A stretch of 64,000 nucleotides of DNA, from positions 891,026 to 955,025 of the forward strand of contig MNCI01000808.1 of NCBI GenBank assembly GCA_015680685.1, in the 5' to 3' direction. The position numbers were made by a program, and so were the translations under genes. Position 1 is the stretch's first letter, and each line of letters opens with the position of its first letter. Of the stretch, positions 53,510-64,000 are shown in pieces. The notes below the pieces were generated by a model, which saw only the letters and a list, made by a program, of their open reading frames with translations, was not told the DNA's origin and searched no databases. Origin of the DNA: Gnetum montanum. Its lineage: Eukaryota > Plantae > Gnetophyta.

Positions 53510-54942
53510 CTACACTAGGGGTAGCTGCTTCTTGACCTAATGCGAGTTGAGCAAAACATAAGGTTGGAATGCTCTACCAGAGCCTTCATCTACATCATTG
53601 CCCTCACTTGGAAGGGTAACTCAACCCATGCATTTTCATTTTTGGGCTTAGCTTGTTGAGCTAATCCTTCTGCCAGATGATCAGTGTGAGCTATGACAGG
53701 CGCTTCATTCTCAGAAGTTATAACCTCTGAGCCTTGTTCCATGCCTACATTGTGGATTTCTTGCGTTGTTACTTCATCACCATGGATCACCAACTCTCTA
53801 CCTACGTAAGGTAGGTGGATCTCCTAGTGTATGGGTGAGGAGACAGTCCTAAGCTATGCTAACCATGATCTCCCAAGGATCAGGTTAAACCTAGGCATTT
53901 TCTCGACCTCGATGAATGTTGCGTTTGTGGGGAACTGGTCCCTTGCTACGAAGTCTATGTGGACTATGCCCTTCACCACGACCCATGCTCCATTGAATGA
54001 CCTCAAGCATGACATCGTTGTAAGGTTGATCTGGTCAACCAACCCCAACTTGTCCACAATAGGGAAGGGAATGACGTTCATGGAAACCCCATCATCAACG
54101 TCTATCCTCCGGATCTGGTGTTGGCCGACCTGAATTATAATGAATAGAGGTGCGGTGGTCAGCTGACCCCTTTTGAGATCTTCCCTAATGACGTCGTTGT
54201 AGAAAGTTAGTTGAGGGGGTTCTAGCTCTACAGGTGCGGAGGGGAGCATGACCGAGTAGATCGCTTCCTCTTCCACCGGCATGTCTTCGTTGACTAGAAT
54301 CATTGTCAACATGCAGATGAGAGTCTCACGATGTGGGATGGATGTCATGATTAGGTCGTACAAGCTCAATGTAGTGTTTTTTCATTTTAGAGCTTGTTTC
54401 ACCTAAGTTAGGGCATCTAAGAAGTCTTGGACACCCCCCTGTTTAATGATTTTCTCCACTTCTATTCATCCTAGAAGACGAATTCTTGAGGAGGGGTGAC
54501 TTCGAATCTAAGTTCAGATCCTTTTTGGCAAGTAAATGTTCGTCTTTGGTGATGAAGGCACAAATGCAGGGGGTGAAAACGTAGGCTTGGGAAAACCTTG
54601 GGTGGTACTTCCCTTCGACGTCTCACCTGCAAAACAAACTTCTCACCTTTTAGGACAAGAAGGTTGTTCAGCTGTCTTGCGTGGGATGGGGAATATCGAA
54701 GGAGTTGGCCCCTGATGATAAATGGAGCTAAAGGCATTAATGGGTGGGGTATTGTGGTTTTGCTAACAAGTAGCACAGAGATGGATTCCCATGGAGGGAC
54801 TCTCAGAATGAATGGTTGTTGTGAGCTTCGGCCAACCATTGGTGGTGTTGGTGCACTATGCTAAGGCACACAGACCACGAATGGCTGCTGGGGTGGCCTA
54901 GGATCACTGTCAATACTGATGGCATTGATGATGTAACCAGCT
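53510..54942 (-). pseudogene. gag C-terminus and protease
   Basis: IDVDDGVSMNVI, NLILGRSWL, conserved terminal TAG. Confidence 0.9.
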
Positions 54943-56199
54943 ATTGTCACATTTAGCCATTTCATGGAACAGTGGAACTATCATATTCAAAATTGGAATA
55001 ACGAATGTTTGAGAATTTAAAAAAGTAAATATGTAGCTTAAAAGTTATGGGAGAGATTCCAGATTTCTGTAACAAAGAGAATACAGATGTTTTGGATTAC
55101 TGAAAAAAGAAATTTTGCATGTTCAATGTTTAACAAGAGAAAATCAGAACGAGAAGTTTACCTGCTACTACGGTATCCCACAATAATTTATCCTGACTTT
55201 CTTGAGTTTGATTAACATATCCAAGTTACAGAATATCTTATGCAGCATTCAGTTGCTTTGAAGCCATATCATTTCTCTTGGAATTCTTACGGTTTTCTTT
55301 ACAGTAAGTCTTGATTTGCTATTTTGGATTGGATCTGTTTAAAGTTTCTAAAACCTTGACATCATGGAGACAATAATTGTAATATGCTTGTTATGAAGCC
55401 TTCGAAACACGGCCGCTCGGTTTCCCCACAAACGATAGAATTAGTAGTTAAATGCCTAGGGTTTGGATTTAAATAATTCGAGATCTGTTGTCCATGCTCT
55501 AGGTTAGATAAGCTCTTTTTTTTGATGTTCCGATGAAACATGTAGTATGCGCAGCAAGCATGTTTAAGAAACTATTGAAAAGTAATGAATCGGTTGCTGA
55601 AAGAGTGAAGTGAGACTTCATTATAGAGGCGCAGGAAAAACAGGGATGGAATTTTTGCTAGATTGGAGCTAATCTGGTGCTGTTGCAAAGTTTCTGTGAC
55701 CAAATTGTCACATTTTCAATAGGGCACTATTATTCCTCCATAAAGAAAAAGGTTGCAGCACCAGATGCACAGGCAACACTACGGAATATCATTGGAGTCG
55801 GTGATGCCGCCATAGCAAGTATGCTGCCAAATCTCGTGAACGTCGTAGGCGATCATATGCTTGTTGTCATCATCACGAGCACCGCAGGTGTAGTCCACGG
55901 TCCAAGAATCACTTTCGCCCTCATACAAGAGGTCATTGGCAATGTCCACGCCAGTGCCGCGAATCATCACGGTCGAACCAAAATTTAGAGCTCTAAATAG
56001 CAAATCCTCCTCATCATAGTCGCTGCGACCATAGAGGCCAACGACAGACACCGCCTCGAAGTTCTGCATGGCTGCAGACCGATAACACGGTTTTTAGCAA
56101 CTTGAAAACAAAGTCGAGGAGGCCAGTGTCGCCGATACGGAGCTAGAAGGCATCATGAACTTCCTAGTGTGGCATACACTTGTGGCTAGCCTTGCTCAG

Positions 56200-56345
56200 T
56201 GCCTCCACGATCACCTACTCCTTCCTAACGTAACTCCGCTATCCCTGGGCATCAAGGTGGCAAGCATCAAAAACAACATCACCATCACCAATGACAAAGT
56301 GTTGTTGATCAATGACGAGATCGAGCGCATGGTCCAAGGAGAAGA
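56200..56345 (+). pseudogene. HSP70-like fragment with internal deletion
   Basis: [14 protein letters not shown] resembles [36 protein letters not shown] resembles [22 protein letters not shown]. Confidence 0.6.
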
Positions 56346-56849
56346 CAGGACAAAGCAAAGGTTACAATAGCCACATATTTTTATGGAACACACGGAAAAA
56401 TTACCAAATGCGGTGGTAGAGCCTTCTTTTGTGGTGGCAGTTGATATACAGTTCTGGCAGGGGGGGATAATTTGAAACCATTTATCAGTAGTTCTAGGCC
56501 TTGCACCTTCACATTCAGACTTCATATTTTGAACCACCACCGGATTTAAATTTCTGTTTCCAGCAAAGTTTACATGGGTTCAAAGTGCAAGTACAGATTT
56601 ATTTATTTACATAAGGTTACATGGATTGGCAGCCACCTCAACCAACGTTACATTAAGGTGTATACAAAATTACCTTTTTACTACTACCCATTTATAAAAT
56701 TACTAGGGCTTCAATAATATTTAACTTTTTAAAAAATTATAAAATAATAAAAATAAAAATAACAATTAAATGGAGCTCTAGGATTTATTTTTAAAAATAT
56801 TATTATTGCTTATGAAAGCAATATTTGTAAAGACACATGTCAATATTAG

Positions 56850-58132
56850 CATGATCTTCTCCTAAATTTCCTAACTTGTTGGGCAAGTAATCTACTAACT
56901 TGTTGGGCAAGTAATTAACTCCCTTATTTGGGAGAAATGTTAGCTAAGATATTTTGGAATGTAACCACCTTATGAAACCTATAAAAAGGCTTCAGGGGTA
57001 AGAACAAAAAAGATCACAAGGGGGGAAAGACTTGGAATCACACTTGGGCTCTCACTTGGAGACACACTTTGGATTGTAGGAAGAGATTGTAAGAAGACAT
57101 TGTGAAAGATTTCTTGTAAGATGACTGGCTAAAGAAAAGATTTCAGCCTCTTTGTCATAGTCCTATGAGTTATGTTTTATTTTTATTTTTTTAAAATTGT
57201 TTAGCCAATGGTTTAGATAGTATCATCCTTGGCAAGTAATTTTGGGATTTTTAGATTGCTCTTATTGTTCTTGTTGCATAATTGAAAATTTCTATTAAAA
57301 TTTTACCATAGAAGCACTTTTTTTTGAAAGCCTTAAGAGCATTTTAGTAGTTAATTTGATTATTATGAAACGTATAAAAACTACTATTGGGATTGTTGTA
57401 AGAGAGCCTCTACTTGTAGTCATGCAGTTGAACGATTCAATAGTCAAGAGGGTTCAGAAAATTTTTGATATTTTGATGGGACCAGAATAGCTTCTTTTAT
57501 CTTTAAAGTGATTCTCCGTACGTGATAGTTTATGTAGCGATTTTTTGGTAGCATAGTAGGATTGTCTTAAAGAAATTGCTTATTTGAGCCTTGGAAGTTT
57601 GAACAATTCGTAGTTATTGAATTTAGGATAGCTTTATTGCAAAGTGTTTACTCGTGTCATTTTACCTTGTTTAAACATTTGAGGTCTACAAAAATCTACT
57701 TTCTTTTTTGTCTATTTCCATTGAATCTTGCTCTATTTCTAGTTTTCTTGTGGAACTATCTCTTTCTCTGGGGAAAATTAGAAGTAGATTCATGGAGTTG
57801 TGCTTAAATGTTTTTGCAAAATTTTATTTGTTACAAGTAGGTATTATAAGGACCGCATAGACTAGGCAATTGAACAAAATAGGAACTCTCAACAACTCAC
57901 AGTACTTGGCAAAGTTGGCTGAATCTCTTTAAGATAAGTCATTTGTAGTTTACACACAACGTAAACGTTTCATTTTTCACAACTGCACACCGCAATAGCA
58001 CACACACATACTCACATTAACTACTGAGTCTATTTGGAGGTATCTGGGCCTTGGTGTTGCCAGAGACTAGCAAGCACCTAAATCCTATTCGAGGACACTC
58101 GTTGGCAGTCGTGTCCCAAACGGTCGCCAACA
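56850..58132 (+). repeat. LTR of a second, AT-rich family (5' boundary approximate)
   Basis: Ends GGTCGCCAACA followed by PBS; TATAAAA near 56979. Confidence 0.75.
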
Positions 58133-58139
58133 GTTCTTT

Positions 58140-58157
58140 TGGCGCTAGAAGGAGGGC
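58140..58157 (+). other. PBS, tRNA-Asn type
   Basis: Perfect tggcgctagaaggagggc. Confidence 0.9.
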
Positions 58158-58224
58158 TGAAAATTTATCCTCTAGGTTCATAAGCCTTATAATTTTAGCA
58201 CATAAACAATTCTTTGTTACTATA

Positions 58225-59490
58225 TGTTGGCAACCGTTTGGGACGCGACCGCCAACGAGTGTCCTCGAACAGGATTTAGGTGCCTGCTGGTCTCTGGCAA
58301 CACCAAGGCCTAGATACCTCCAAATAACTCAGTAGTTAATGTGAGTATGTGTGTGTGCTATTGTGGCGTGCGGCTGTGAGAAATGTAACGATTGCGTGTG
58401 TGTAAACTACAAATGACTTACTTTAAGAGATTCAGCTAACTTTGTCAAGTACTGTGAATTGTTGAAAGTTTCCTATTTTGTTCAACTGCCTAGTCTATGT
58501 GGTCCTTCTAATTCCTGCTTGTAACAAGTAAAATTTTGCAAAAACATTTCAGCACAACTCCGCAAATCTACTCCTAATTTTCCCTAGAGAAAGAGGTAGT
58601 TCCACAAGAAAACTAGAAATAGAGCAAGATTCAATGGAAATAGACAAAAAGAAAAGAAAGAATATTTGTGTGAACCTCAAATATTTAAACAAGGTAAAAT
58701 GACACGAGTAAACACTTCGCAATAAAGCTATTCCAAATTCAATATCTACGAATTGTTCAAAATACCAAGGCTCAGCCAAGCAATATCTTCAAGACAATCC
58801 TACTGTGCTACCAAAAATCGCTGNNNNNNNNNNNNNNNNNNNNNNNNNNNNNNNNNNNNNNNNNNNNNNNNNNNNNNNNNNNNNNNNNNNNNNNNNNNNN
58901 NNNNNNNNNNNNNNNNNNNNNNNNNNNNNNNNNNNNNNNNNNNNNNNNNNNNNNNNNNNNNNNNNNNNNNNNNNNNNNNNNNNNNNNNNNNNNNNNNNNN
59001 NNNNNNNNNNNNNNNNNNNNNNNNNNNNNNNNNNNNNNNNNNNNNNNNNNNNNNNNNNNNNNNNNNNNNNNNNNNNNNNNNNNNNNNNNNNNNNNNNNNN
59101 NNNNNNNNNNNNNNNNNNNNNNNNNNNNNNNNNNNNNNNNNNNNNNNNNNNNNNNNNNNNNNNNNNNNNNNNNNNNNNNNNNNNNNNNNNNNNNNNNNNN
59201 NNNNNNNNNNNNNNNNNNNNNNNNNNNNNNNNNNNNNNNNNNNNNNNNNNNNNNNNNNNNNNNNNNNNNNNNNNNNNNNNNNNNNNNNNNNNNNNNNNNN
59301 NNNNNNNNNNNNNNNNNNNNNNNNNNNNNNNNNNNNNNNCCTTTTTATAGGATTCCAAGGTAGGTAGGGAAGTTACAAATTTAAAAATATCTTACCTAAC
59401 TTCTCTCCAAAGTAACATGAACAACCAATTAGGAGATTACTTGCCCAACAAGTTAGGAGGTTACTTGCCCAACAAGTTAGATAAGTTACA
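58225..59490 (-). repeat. Inverted copy of the same LTR (contains the N gap)
   Basis: 58225-58823 is the reverse complement of about 57535-58132; 59340-59490 matches about 56870-56990. Confidence 0.8.
58824..59339. other. Assembly gap (N run)
   Basis: Run of N. Confidence 1.
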
Positions 59491-61218
59491 AAATATCTTG
59501 GGTGGTTGCCACCATAAAAGAGATAAGGTAGTTGACAAGTGGCCTTGGCAATCTCAAAATATATATATATATATGAATACAAGCTATAGTACTCCATACA
59601 TATTTATCCCTTTGATTTTTATTCTTCCAAATGAGATATTAAGTCTTCTAAATGATATATAGGGAAGTTGCAATTTCCAAATATTCGAAAGTATCTCCAA
59701 AAATATCTCCCCTAACTTTTCTCTCAAGTAACCCAACTAACCAATTAGAAGATTACTTTCTCAACAGGCTAGGAGAAAGTTACAACAATTAAAATCTGCA
59801 ACTGATAAGTGTTTACATCATACATATCCTCAAGATTTTGGTTTTTTTTAATATAATTTAAATATGTAGGTAAATATCAACATTTATATTCAATAATTAT
59901 CCTTGAGGCTACGTTTCATTCATCATCATTTCATTTTTTTTAAAACATTTCACGGGACAGCAAATATGTTAGCTTTATGGGAGGATAAATATATTTCAAA
60001 GGTAAGGTTTTCTAACGTAGTTAACCGCGTTGCTTGATGCTCCTTCTGTGCGTAGCTCCCTCCCGCGATTTGTGTTGCTTCTCCACCGAACTGCTCCGTC
60101 CGTTATTTCTCTGCCACCACTCTGCATCGGATTGGCCCAAAGGTCGCGATTGCCACCGTTGGTTTGTTGCTGACATCGTCGAAACCCTGCAGCTGCTTTG
60201 CTACCGCCATCTCCATGTCTTCCGCGTCCGCCATGGCTGTGTGTCATCTATTGAACTCTCCACAAACACGATTGCAGTTAGAATAGCTTTTTCGCAGAGC
60301 TCAGTATTAGTTATATTAATGGTGAAATGACTTGAATTTGTGAACCCTCGGCAATGGTGTCTTGCCCCTATTCGTGGACAGCGTCCAAGTCCGGCGCATT
60401 CGTATTTTTGTTTTGCAGTTTTTGCTCGGAACTGTCCGGAGTTGCAGGCAAAGGCGTAGGCGTAGCAACCGGCTGCGCTCTGACCCTGCTTCATTCATTT
60501 TCTGTAGTCTTTGGCCAGGAAATTAAGCTTACTGCAGTAACAGAACAAAGAAACCCTCCGTGGCAAGTGTTTGGCAAAATTCCAAATAGAATATGGAGTG
60601 ATTTCTGGCGTTTTCTTAGTAAATTTTAGTAGCAAGCGTCACTGCGTTTTTGTTGCCATTGATACTGCGTTTTTCTTTTTTGTGTTTAACCCTATTTCTT
60701 CAAGTATTCAGTAACTATTTCTTCTTAACACAGAACCCATTTTCCCTGTTCTTGGCTTCTGTAAAAGCAGGACCAACATCATTTCATGCTTAATATATTT
60801 ATGTGACCAGGCCCTGTATGTTCTATGTCTACTACCGTTACTGAACCAGTCAAAGTTTGGTTAAATGTAATATGCTGAGATATTACATTCTTTGCCTAAT
60901 GTAGGGTTAAATTAAATATGTGTTTTATCTCCATGAAACTTATCCAAATTCCAGCACCCATTTCATTTTTATTCTTCTTAAGTAAATTGAAACTCCTGCT
61001 CCATGTAGTGGCTGAAAATGTGCCAACATCTCTGCCCCCCAAAAAGAGTTTAAATAAACCTCATTTTAAACTGGAGCATACTAAAATTTTATTGAATTTG
61101 TACAACTAAACAGAAATCTTTTTTGAGGAAAATTCTCATTTAACATAAGGTAAGATGGGACAAAAAACCTCATTCCTAAAAGAAAATCAAACTGTACAAC
61201 TATACATTATCAAGTCTC

Positions 61219-61737
61219 TCATATATGATCCTTGGGTGGAAATTGAATTGTGAGGGTTACCCTAGTGGGAATCCTCATCTCCTTCACCTCTTCATACAAG
61301 ATCTCTAATGTGATGTAGGCAGTCTTGTTGGCTTCTTGTTTGGTGGAGCTCTCACCTTGATCTGATGAAGCTTTTTCTCCAAGCTTTTCTTCACTTTCTT
61401 TTTGGGAGGAGTTCTGTTGTTCTTCTTCATTGACTCCTTCATTTTCTTCTTGAGTGGCCAAAGATTCTCCCCATCCCCATGATGATTTTCCATGAGTTGG
61501 TTGCTCTTCTTCTTTTTCTTCATCTTTGGAGAAATCTTGATATTTCCCCCAAACATTGGACTCAATATCCAAACCTCAAGTGAGAAAAGAAAATTCATCG
61601 GATAGCCAAGCCATAAAAGGGCATTCCTTTGGAGCTCCACAAGATTTAGCCTTTAGATAGGCCTTCAATACATGCTCAGGGCAACATCCCATCACATATG
61701 GAATAAAAGGCTTTCTCATTGCTCTCTTAAACTCCAT
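61219..61737 (-). pseudogene. Extra sense ORF downstream of INT (about 172 aa, one internal TGA); Cys-containing N-terminus, acidic C-terminus
   Basis: MEFKRAMRKPFIPYVMGCCPEH..CGAPKECPF..T*GLDIESNV..EEKEEEQ; upstream CTATAAAAGG near 61807-61816. Confidence 0.5.
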
Positions 61738-62082
61738 TAGCTCTCTCTAATCTTCACTACCAAAGTTGACATAAAAGATGATGAAATCTTAAACAATCTA
61801 ACCCTCCTTTTATAGGTGCCTAAATGTTTAACTTCCATCCATGTGTCTCCAACCAAGCTTCCTTCTTTTTAGGCATTCAAACCATTTGTCATAATCCTCA
61901 CCAAGTGGTGGATTAGTCACCCTCTCCACTTGTCAACTTTGTAGAATTCCACTTGTTTCACTTGTATGCTTCCTCTTGTCTCATTTGAAGGAAAGATAAT
62001 ATTTCAAATATAAGTAAAGCATAACTACTAGTAATATTTACATAATACTATATACATATATTATTTTCGTGTCATAACATCT

Positions 62083-64000
62083 TTAAGTTGTATGCAATTG
62101 TCCCAAATAATGTTTTATATGCAAAACATTATATGGAAACTGCAATTCCATGCCGTCCAAGGTTGATAATTTGTAGGTATCCTCTGATAATTTCTTTGAA
62201 ATTTGAAAGGGACCAATCCATGTCGATGTAAACTTATTTGGTTTCTTCATATTCCATAACAGGATAAGGTCTCCTATCTGGAAAGTTCTTCTCAAATATT
62301 TCCTATCAAACCATCTTTTAACTTGAGAGGTATTCTGTAACGAATTATCCCTTTCTTTATCTACTTCAGCTTCCCTTTTAATAAGTAAAGTCATGAAACT
62401 TCTATCTTTATCCGTCTTTTCACTATATCTTTGTACAAATTCATAAGCTAAGCTTATAATCTTATTTGTAATTCTTGCTGGTAAACCATAGACTAAGTTA
62501 TATGGTTATGTCCCAATAGCTTTCTTAAATCTAATTCGATCTGACCATAATCAATCCAATTTCCAGGATTCTCATCCATTGATTTCTTAATATAAGCGAT
62601 AAGCTTCTTATTAGTGGATTCCGCTAAACCATTTCCTTGAGGATAATAATTTGATGAAGAAAATAAGAAAATGGATTTTGCAGATGCCCATCTAATAAAC
62701 TCTTTGGATTTGAAGGCGGGTCCATTATCTGACACTAATACTTTGGGTACACCAAATCTAATTAGAATGTGGTCGTCTAGAAACTTAATCACGTCTGATG
62801 CTGAACTTCCTCTTAGAGCCTTTGCTTTAGACCATTTAGTAAAATAATCAATAGCTGTGGGAATAAACTTGTGTCCAACTCTTGAAGGAGTAATAGTACC
62901 AATAAAATCCAAACCCCATTGCTGAAATGGTGTATCCGCAACTACTGGTTTTAAAGGGGCTCTAGCCCTTTTAATCTTGGGCCCATGAACTTGATATTTA
63001 TAGCAGTTTTGAATCTTCGAACTAATGTCTTGATACATGGAAGGCCAGTAATATCCATATCGAAGTATATGTTGCATAGTTGACTTAGGGGATTCATAAA
63101 ATAAATTCAAATGATCATGGAATTGTTCCAAAATGAAACTAATTTGATCATTGTGAACACATTCCAATAGAACTCCCCGAAAATCTTTTCGATATAATAT
63201 ACCATCTTTAACAACAAATCTTCGTACTCTCTTGAAGAAAGCTCTTTTTTGACTTGCAGTTAAATTATTTGGGATTTTCCTTGTAGTAAGAAATTTGAGA
63301 ATATCATCATACCAATTCTCTTCATGGGTGTCAAGTGTGTAAAATTCACTTTCTTTAGTCATTAACTTGGCTAGTCCCATTCCCTTAATTGTCTTACATA
63401 TTTCCAATGAAAATCTAAAACTTTGAAACTTTATAAGCCATTTTCCTCTTTTCAATCCAATCTCATTTTGGGATAGAAATCGCTTGAATGCAGGTTCAAT
63501 TAGCATAATTTGTACTAATGAATTCTCCAAATAATATTTAAAATGCTGAAGTGCCTTGATGACTGCGAAAGCTTGCTTCTCTAAGTCTAAGTAATTTAAC
63601 TCTGAACCTTTCATTTGATACCCAAAGAATCCAATTGGTTCATCTTGACCTTCACTATCCTTTTTTGTAAGAATAGCAGCAATAGAATCATTTGAAGCAA
63701 AAGAGTATAACCAAAAATATTCTTTAAGTTTAGGCTTTACCAAATATGGAGCCTCTTGTATAGCCTTTTTGATTTCTGATAACGCTCTTTCTGACTCTGG
63801 TGTTTTCTCTACTTGGACGTCCTTTTTAAGAATATGTATCAAAGGCTTGGTAATTTCAGTAAACCCGGGGATGAACTTCTTCACAAAGTTTATCTTCCCA
63901 AAGAATGATCAAAGAGATTTCTTACTAGAGGGGTGCTCAATATTCTATACTGCTTGAATTTGGGAATTGTCTATGGCAATCCCTTCTTGACATATCACAT
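62083..64000 (-). pseudogene. pol: Gypsy pol 3' part (RT end, RNase H, integrase) of an aRH-less non-chromovirus lineage; frameshift near 62520
   Basis: LYSFASNDSIAA, EKQAFAVI, WYDDI, GLDFIG, VSDNG, GNGLAE, WIGPFQ; RH joins INT with no aRH. Confidence 0.92.

Larger units (their letters stand above)
46160..54942 (-). mobile_element. Copy 4: gag end-PR, array, antisense gene, spacer, INT (RT-RH-aRH deleted), array, 3' UTR, partial LTR
   Basis: The one contiguous copy that links gag-PR and INT across the antisense gene. Confidence 0.85.

Noticed and set aside
53156-53518. Repeat proteins (MLVLGHFGP)n and (YDDKLAA)n at 6117-6455
   Set aside because: By-products of repeat units that are multiples of 3; the frames are not conserved in the other copies
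55779-56069. Possible NB-ARC start (VSVVGLYG)
   Set aside because: No P-loop GxGKT or other NB-ARC motifs follow
58753-59367. ORFs of 181-204 aa
   Set aside because: Artefacts of the N gap

Overview
Plant-like heterochromatic nest of degenerate Ty3/gypsy LTR retrotransposons with no intact host gene. Most of 1-54.9 kb is nested, truncated copies of one Tat/Ogre-type family (CHHC gag knuckle, RT-RH-aRH-INT order, no chromodomain, tRNA-Asn PBS, PPT AAAGAGGGGC, LTRs starting TGAAACA). Overlapping four partial copies gives an unusual layout: LTR - PBS - gag-PR(stop) - hairpin-motif array - ANTISENSE 8-exon gene (~1100 aa) - spacer - RT-RH-aRH-INT - hairpin-motif array - PPT - LTR. The antisense gene keeps its splice sites and phases across the copies. 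It appears to encode an FCP1/SCP(NIF)-type HAD phosphatase-like domain with degenerate catalytic motifs, followed by a plant-mobile-domain (PMD)-like region, a basic NLS-like patch, acidic tracts and a coiled coil. One co-varying motif (RYC-N6-GRY-N3-AAACTRG) sits in sense orientation after gag-PR, before RT and after INT. The right end holds an HSP70-like fragment, an inverted pair of LTRs from another family (spanning an N gap), and an aRH-less gypsy pol with a downstream extra ORF. All domain calls are by-eye motif recognition and need HMM confirmation; all copies are pseudogenised.
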